NCBI GenBank assembly: GCA_963677925.2 | Contig: CAXXYH010000004.1 | Location: 1,984,001-2,048,000 of the forward strand | DNA length: 64,000 bases | Source: Spirochaetia bacterium | GTDB taxonomy: Bacteria; Spirochaetota; Spirochaetia; UBA9216 | Reading direction: 5' to 3' | In this document: positions 58,535 through 64,000 of the stretch, in pieces | Layout: each line of letters begins with the position of its first letter | How positions within the stretch are numbered: position 1 is the stretch's first letter | Program-made: the position numbers and the translations under genes | The notes under the pieces: model-generated | What the model saw: the letters and a program-made list of their open reading frames with translations, nothing else | The model's database searches: none | What the model was told of the DNA's origin: nothing

Positions 58535-59743
58535 ATGGAACAGAAAATATCCATGAAAGACGGGAAACTTCAGGTTCCCGATTCCCCGGTAATTCCCTAC
58601 ATTGAGGGTGACGGGATTGGGCCTGATATCTGGGCTGCCGCAGTAAAAGTTTTCGACGCAGCAGTTAAAACCGCCTATGGTGATAATAAAAAAATTGTCT
58701 GGAAAGAAATCCTTGCCGGGCAGAAGGCTTTTGATTCTGTTGGAAGCTGGCTGCCGGAAGAGACTGAAGCCGCTTTCAAGGAATACCTTGTCGGTATAAA
58801 AGGACCTCTTACAACACCGGTAGGCGGCGGAATCCGCAGTCTCAATGTTGCTCTGAGGCAGAGGCTTGATCTATACGTATGTCAGAGACCTGTAAAGCAT
58901 TATCCGGGTATCCCCGGCCCGGTAAAGAATCCGGATGCGATAGACATGGTTGTATTCAGAGAGAATACCGAGGATGTTTATGCAGGATATGAACTTAAGG
59001 CCGGTGATCCGAAGACTGCGGAACTGATAAAGGCTCTCAAAGATATCATGGGCTGGGAAATCAAGCCTGATTCAGGACTTGGAATTAAACCTATGAGTAA
59101 ATCAGGTACTGATCGTCTTGTACGTGCTGCAATTGAATACGCAATCAAGCATAACCGGAAGTCGGTTACCCTCGTTCATAAGGGCAACATAATGAAGTTT
59201 ACTGAGGGTGCATTCAGGGAATGGGGATATGAACTTGCAAAGAAGGAATTCCCCGGAAAGGTCGTCAGCTGGGATGAATGCGGCGGAAACCCGCCGGAGG
59301 GCACCATTCTTATCAAAGATGTTATTGCGGACGCTTTTCTACAGCAGATTTTGACCAGACCTGCCGAATATGATGTTGTAGCTACTATGAATTTAAACGG
59401 TGATTACATCTCTGATGCTCTTGCAGCTCAGGTAGGGGGAATCGGTATTGCCCCGGGTGCGAATATCAACTACACCACCGGTGCAGCTATATTTGAAGCA
59501 ACCCATGGCACTGCTCCCAAATACGCCGGCCTGAACAAGGTAAATCCCAGTTCTGTCATTCTTTCCGGAGCAATGATGCTGGAATACCTTGGCTGGACGG
59601 AAGCTGCGGATCTGATAGAGAAGGGAATCACAGCTGCAATTTCTAAGAAAATAGTAACATATGATTTTGCCAGACTGATGGACAATGCTACAGAGGTCTC
59701 AACTTCCGACTTCGGGCAGGCTATCATCGACAACATGTGTTAG
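58535..59743 (+). CDS. icd: isocitrate dehydrogenase (NADP, E. coli type)
   Basis: [61 protein letters not shown]. Confidence 0.97.
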   Translation: MEQKISMKDGKLQVPDSPVIPYIEGDGIGPDIWAAAVKVFDAAVKTAYGDNKKIVWKEILAGQKAFDSVGSWLPEETEAAFKEYLVGIKGPLTTPVGGGIRSLNVALRQRLDLYVCQRPVKHYPGIPGPVKNPDAIDMVVFRENTEDVYAGYELKAGDPKTAELIKALKDIMGWEIKPDSGLGIKPMSKSGTDRLVRAAIEYAIKHNRKSVTLVHKGNIMKFTEGAFREWGYELAKKEFPGKVVSWDECGGNPPEGTILIKDVIADAFLQQILTRPAEYDVVATMNLNGDYISDALAAQVGGIGIAPGANINYTTGAAIFEATHGTAPKYAGLNKVNPSSVILSGAMMLEYLGWTEAADLIEKGITAAISKKIVTYDFARLMDNATEVSTSDFGQAIIDNMC

Positions 59744-61455
59744 AAAGGGAAAGAACACTGTGTAGGGAACGGTCGTTAAGGACTCATTCCGTCAGAACAA
59801 AACTAATAGTCTCAATATTTGCTCTGTGCACAGTGCTTCCGTTTTTATTTACATGCACATCGCAGGCTGATGTTCATGAAAGCAGTGAATTAAGCGTACA
59901 GAGTGAAGAGCTTGATATACTCGAAACCTGCCGACGTAATATCGGTATAGCTTCACCGGATACCCTTCGGGCCGCAATGCAGATGCTCTCAGAGAGTGAT
60001 GCAGGGCGGTCTGAGGCAGGCCGGGAGTACTACTACATTGCCGCACGGCTGATGGAACTGGTATATCCTATTGTTTCTTCGGAGCAGACAGCTCCTGATG
60101 CACCGGCCGGCAGTATCTACCCCGGTATTTTTGAGTCGGTAAAAAACGGCAGGTATCCCGAAGTTCAGAATGATAAAATTTCTTTTTTCAGTGTTCTCAT
60201 TTCTCCTGTAACTGTTCTGTTCTCCCAGGATAAAACCGTTGAAATCCTAAGTTCGGACAACCTGGAGCAGGCAATATCGATGAACTCAAGGTCTGTCCTG
60301 CCGGTTTTTCTCAGCGGATATATTTCTGAACGCAACAATCTTTATGATGAGGCAATTCTGTCATACAGCAGGGCGCTCGAAATGGACCCCAGCTGTTATC
60401 CTGCTGAGCTGGGAACTGCAAGGGTGTATATGGCTACCGGCAGGGAGGATCTCGCCGCAGATTTGATGGATATGCTGACGGCGCAGTACCCGTATTCAGC
60501 TGTTATTCTTAAAACCGCTGCCGAGACCAGGTTTTCAATCGGAGATTACACAGGAGCCCTTGATTTTTCATCCGATGTGCTTCGCCTGCTTCCGGACAAT
60601 CCCGAGATACTCCTTCTGAGGGCCGAGATTTTCCAGAAGCAGAAGAATACCCAGCAGGCTCTCCGTCTGATCGAAGTCCTTCAGCGTATGCGCTACACAC
60701 CGGCTGAATTCTATACAGTTAAATCAGAAGTTGAAAAAGCCCAGGGTGCTCTGCAGTCGGCGATAAACACCCTGCAGGAGGGGCTTAAAAAATATCCCGA
60801 CAGTAAGGAGCTTAAAGCAGGTTACGGCACAGCGCTTATTCTGGCCGGCCGAAAGGATGAGGCACGGGAACTTCTCGGAGGGACCGATGAAGCTGCAGAT
60901 ACCGAGAGTCTGATTGTTCTCATCGATGACGCGGTTAAATCACGGGACTGGGATGCCGCCTTCGGATATGCCGAACAGCTTGAAGCACAGAAGATGGATG
61001 TTCGCTCCGGCCGGGCCGCCTGGAATGCCTGGTACAAGGGAGGGAATACTGAAAAAGCCCTGAATATTTCCCAGCAGCTTTACAGTGAGTATCCTGCTGA
61101 TATTGATGCTTCAATTATGTATATCCGCAGCCTCCTTTCTCTCAACAGAAGACTCCAGGCAGAGCGTATCCTTGAAACGGCGCTTCCGGCTGTTACTGAT
61201 TCTGCAAATAAAAGCGAACTACTTTACCTGCAGAGTCTGACGCTTGATAATGAAGATGAAAAGCTGCAGTCCCTTCGTGCTGCACTTTTTGAGGATCTTC
61301 AGAATACTGATGCCCTTGTTGAGATAGCTGATCTCTATGTAGAGATGGGGGATGTCAGGAAGGGCTACCGCTATATCAAGCAGGCGGCGGCAATTCTTCC
61401 GGATGATCCCGATATCGCCGCGGAACTTCAGCGGATAGAGGGGCTGCTTCAGTGA
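59737..61455 (+). CDS. exported TPR-repeat protein
   Basis: N-terminal hydrophobic segment ending LFTC; many TPR-like units ([20 protein letters not shown]). Confidence 0.75.
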   Translation: MLERERTLCRERSLRTHSVRTKLIVSIFALCTVLPFLFTCTSQADVHESSELSVQSEELDILETCRRNIGIASPDTLRAAMQMLSESDAGRSEAGREYYYIAARLMELVYPIVSSEQTAPDAPAGSIYPGIFESVKNGRYPEVQNDKISFFSVLISPVTVLFSQDKTVEILSSDNLEQAISMNSRSVLPVFLSGYISERNNLYDEAILSYSRALEMDPSCYPAELGTARVYMATGREDLAADLMDMLTAQYPYSAVILKTAAETRFSIGDYTGALDFSSDVLRLLPDNPEILLLRAEIFQKQKNTQQALRLIEVLQRMRYTPAEFYTVKSEVEKAQGALQSAINTLQEGLKKYPDSKELKAGYGTALILAGRKDEARELLGGTDEAADTESLIVLIDDAVKSRDWDAAFGYAEQLEAQKMDVRSGRAAWNAWYKGGNTEKALNISQQLYSEYPADIDASIMYIRSLLSLNRRLQAERILETALPAVTDSANKSELLYLQSLTLDNEDEKLQSLRAALFEDLQNTDALVEIADLYVEMGDVRKGYRYIKQAAAILPDDPDIAAELQRIEGLLQ

Positions 61456-61931
61456 TAAAACGAATAAGTCCGCCGAGTATGCTCACGGTATTTTTTGCCC
61501 TGCTTTTATTTTTTACCGGAGCGGCTGTTTTCTCACAGCATGTAGAATCATCCAATGAGTGGGTTGGCGTTCTTAAAATGCCGGAGGGCGAGGTTATTTC
61601 ACAGCTTGCAGGCTCTTTCCACATTTTCAGCGGAAGTGAACTGGGCAGCATCGCCGATCGGGTGGTTGTCTGCAATGACGGCACTTCCTACTGGTTTGAT
61701 TCGGGGAAAACTGTTCAGATCAGATTCAGTCCTGAGTTTCCTGGAAGCTCAGGCGGACTGTATATCGGAATGCAGCGTCTTGAGGTAATATCCATACTCG
61801 GGAGACCCTGGAAAATTCAGGATGAATCAATGTTTTATAATCTGCCATGGGCGGGATTTCCAGTCCGGACAAGGCTTGTTTTTGACGGCAATGCTTTAGC
61901 TGAACTATACCTCTACAGGAGTGACTATTGA
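61452..61931 (+). CDS. secreted hypothetical protein
   Basis: Signal peptide; GLYIGMQRLEVISILGRP motif; overlaps both neighbours. Confidence 0.55.
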   Translation: MIKRISPPSMLTVFFALLLFFTGAAVFSQHVESSNEWVGVLKMPEGEVISQLAGSFHIFSGSELGSIADRVVVCNDGTSYWFDSGKTVQIRFSPEFPGSSGGLYIGMQRLEVISILGRPWKIQDESMFYNLPWAGFPVRTRLVFDGNALAELYLYRSDY

Positions 61932-63396
61932 TATGGCGCTTATTTGTCTGAATTGCGGTGAAAGCACACTGACTTCAAATCTTAAAATAACTGAAGAATA
62001 TAAAGATACAATAGATCTTGCAGATATTAATGCGGGTTGTCTCAATACAGAAGAGCCGGATAAGCTTGATCGGCTTTCTGCAGTAAAGGGATTAATTTTA
62101 TCCTTCAGCGGCGGCTCTGTCTCTGAGACAGAGATAGTAAAAGCACTGTCTGATGATGTTGAATTAAGCCGAAAGCTTTTTGGATACTGCAGTTATATAA
62201 GTGTAGATGTTGATCTGCCGCCTGAATATTCAGATCTTCTTATCAGCCTTGCGGAGGGCTTCGGAATTGCGGTAATAAAAACTTTTTATGCCGACGGACC
62301 GTATAGTAAGGATTTTTCAGACAGAATCACAGCCCTGTCGGAAAACGGCAGGTTTGCCGTCAGGGCGGTTGTCAGCCCGAAGAATACTAAAGAACAGCTG
62401 CAGCTCTTTGAGGCGGCAGCAGGGCTTTCCTGCCTTGATTATGTTTTTGAAGCTCTCGGCGATTACGGTGTGCCGGTGAATCTTCTTTCCGGAAAATTCG
62501 GCGGTCTGTATATGAAAGCATTTTCAGAAGACAGTTGTTCTGCTCACTGGCAGCTTACACCGGAACAGCTGAAAGATATATACAGGTTTAGAAATATATC
62601 TCAAACTACCTCTGTTTATGGAATAATCGGAAACCCTGTGATGCACAGCAAGTCACCCTTTCTTCATAACGGCGGATATGAACATTCGGGTATTGATGCT
62701 GTATATGTCCCTTTTCAGACAGATAATCCCGGGCTGTTTCTTGAAAAAGGTCCGGAGCTCTGCGGAGTCAGGGGGCTTTCGGTGACGGTGCCACATAAGC
62801 AGGCGGTCATCCCTGTTCTCAATGTAATCGATGATTCAGTTGAGCGGATCGGAGCCTGTAATACGGTTGTATACGATCAAGATTCACACGGCTGGGCTGG
62901 ATATAATACCGATTGGCACGGCTTTCTTTATCCGCTGAATGGTACAGAACTGAAAGGAAAAACTGCTCTGGTCCTCGGCGCCGGCGGTGCTTCGAGATCT
63001 GTTGTTTATGCTCTGTTCCGTAAGGGGATGGATATTACGATAGTAAACCGCAGTGTAGACAAGGCCAGGAGTCTCGCTTCCGAATTCGGTACCGGTTATG
63101 ATGAAATTAAAAATGCAGGAAAATACACTGACTCATTTCTGGTAGTTCAGACTACGAGTGTGGGCATGAGTCCTGATGTCGGTTCATCACCGGTGGCCGA
63201 ATATAATTTTGATTCCAACGGAATAGCCTACGATATAATCTACATTCCTGAAAAGACTAAATTCCTTCAGATGGCTGAGGCCGCGGGGGTTCATATCATG
63301 AATGGTTCGTCAATGCTTGCTTCTCAGGGGCTTGAGCAGTTCAGGCTTTTTACCGGAGAAAGCCTTCCTCCTTCTGTGTTTGGTCTGCAGGATTAA
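61921..63396 (+). CDS. aroE: shikimate dehydrogenase fused to a degenerate type I dehydroquinase-like N-terminal domain
   Basis: C-half: GNPVMHSKSPFLHN, SVTVPHK, GACNT, NTD, GAGGA, QF.LFTG. N-half is AroD-sized and ends WQLTPEQL. Confidence 0.85.
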   Translation: MTIDMALICLNCGESTLTSNLKITEEYKDTIDLADINAGCLNTEEPDKLDRLSAVKGLILSFSGGSVSETEIVKALSDDVELSRKLFGYCSYISVDVDLPPEYSDLLISLAEGFGIAVIKTFYADGPYSKDFSDRITALSENGRFAVRAVVSPKNTKEQLQLFEAAAGLSCLDYVFEALGDYGVPVNLLSGKFGGLYMKAFSEDSCSAHWQLTPEQLKDIYRFRNISQTTSVYGIIGNPVMHSKSPFLHNGGYEHSGIDAVYVPFQTDNPGLFLEKGPELCGVRGLSVTVPHKQAVIPVLNVIDDSVERIGACNTVVYDQDSHGWAGYNTDWHGFLYPLNGTELKGKTALVLGAGGASRSVVYALFRKGMDITIVNRSVDKARSLASEFGTGYDEIKNAGKYTDSFLVVQTTSVGMSPDVGSSPVAEYNFDSNGIAYDIIYIPEKTKFLQMAEAAGVHIMNGSSMLASQGLEQFRLFTGESLPPSVFGLQD

Positions 63397-63397
63397 A

Positions 63398-64000
63398 TCA
63401 GGGAGTAAAGAGTGAGCTTTTAAGCATTTTCAGAAAACTGATTCGGTTAACCGGAATTTCTGTTTCTTTTTCTGCAGGCAGTTCAAGTCCTGTCAGTATA
63501 TTGACTACAGGTTTGGATGTATCGGTCTGTTCCAGTTTTGTAAGTCTTAAAGGTTTAATCAGCTTTTTCTCAATTTCAAATTCTTTCGGCGTTGAAACCT
63601 CAAGCAGGTTGTCAAGCTCAAGCGCCCGTTCTACAAGTCTCAGTTTCCCTCTGTGATCCAGGGCGCCGGCTTCGCCTTTTTCTTCGGGCCTTGTTGAAGT
63701 TGTAAGCTGTGATTGATCCAGAATAAGCTTTTTCTGAATACGTGCTTCAAGATTCTGTTTCTGGGCGGGTGCCATTTTCCTGGCGGCAAGATTTTTCATC
63801 TGTTCTTCAATTACAGCCGCGGCATCATCACAGTGTTCAGTTTTGTAGGCCTTGAATCCGGATGACTCTCTGATTCTGCTGAATCCGGGTATTGAAGCGG
63901 ATGCAGTTTTGTTTCCCTGACTGTGTATTCTGACATCAGGCAGCATTTCAAATCCTGCATTTACAAAAGCCCGCCGCCATTCATTTTCCCTATCCGGATC
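63398..64000 (-). CDS. 3' end of a hypothetical protein (runs off the window end)
   Basis: The frame of ORF 63398..63946 stays open to 64000 (DPDRENEWRRAFVNAGFEMLPD); C-terminus LDHRGKLRLVERAL...IPVNRISFL. Confidence 0.6.
   Translation of the reverse strand, partial: DPDRENEWRRAFVNAGFEMLPDVRIHSQGNKTASASIPGFSRIRESSGFKAYKTEHCDDAAAVIEEQMKNLAARKMAPAQKQNLEARIQKKLILDQSQLTTSTRPEEKGEAGALDHRGKLRLVERALELDNLLEVSTPKEFEIEKKLIKPLRLTKLEQTDTSKPVVNILTGLELPAEKETEIPVNRISFLKMLKSSLFTP

Noticed and set aside
1-64000. CRISPR arrays, DGR/retron reverse transcriptase, IS elements, and the many short antisense ORFs in the track
   Set aside because: No regularly spaced repeats or RT/transposase motifs were seen; the short ORFs lie within well-supported genes and lack motifs.

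Overview
Chromosomal window from a free-living-type spirochete (Spirochaetales, inferred from flaA, cheA-cheW(CheR-fused)-cheX-cheY, rpsB-tsf-frr without pyrH, and an aroD-aroE fusion). The core blocks are the flaA/chemotaxis locus with tRNA-Val(GAC); rpsF-ssb-rpsR-DUF2232-rplI-dnaB; rpsB-tsf-frr-uppS-cdsA-dxr-rseP; a TPR-lipoprotein/mltD/SH3 cell-wall cluster; icd; and aroDE. Two accessory stretches (about 8.8-23.5 kb and 28.5-39.9 kb) hold the best candidates for undescribed biology. (1) Two paralogous loci each pair a secreted beta-barrel + transglutaminase-like (GDCDD...PGH...WVPVE) + TPR protein with one or two very large Ig/propeller-repeat lipoproteins. A short RA[AG][DE]..[VI]x[WF] motif is shared with a neighbouring FecR-like/TPR protein. 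(2) A SatD-family cyclase-like/HTH protein and a DUF3307-like membrane protein form a pair on an apparently leaderless promoter with operator-like repeats, 2 kb from a stand-alone class III cyclase with sigma28-like promoters. Also seen: an mltD frameshift in a T10 tract within its signal peptide, a split long-form RluA, a RidA remnant missing from the ORF track, twin hairpins in the rpsB leader, and C33 in the tRNA. No CRISPR array, integrase or transposase was seen. All family calls come from motif recognition by eye; no searches were run.
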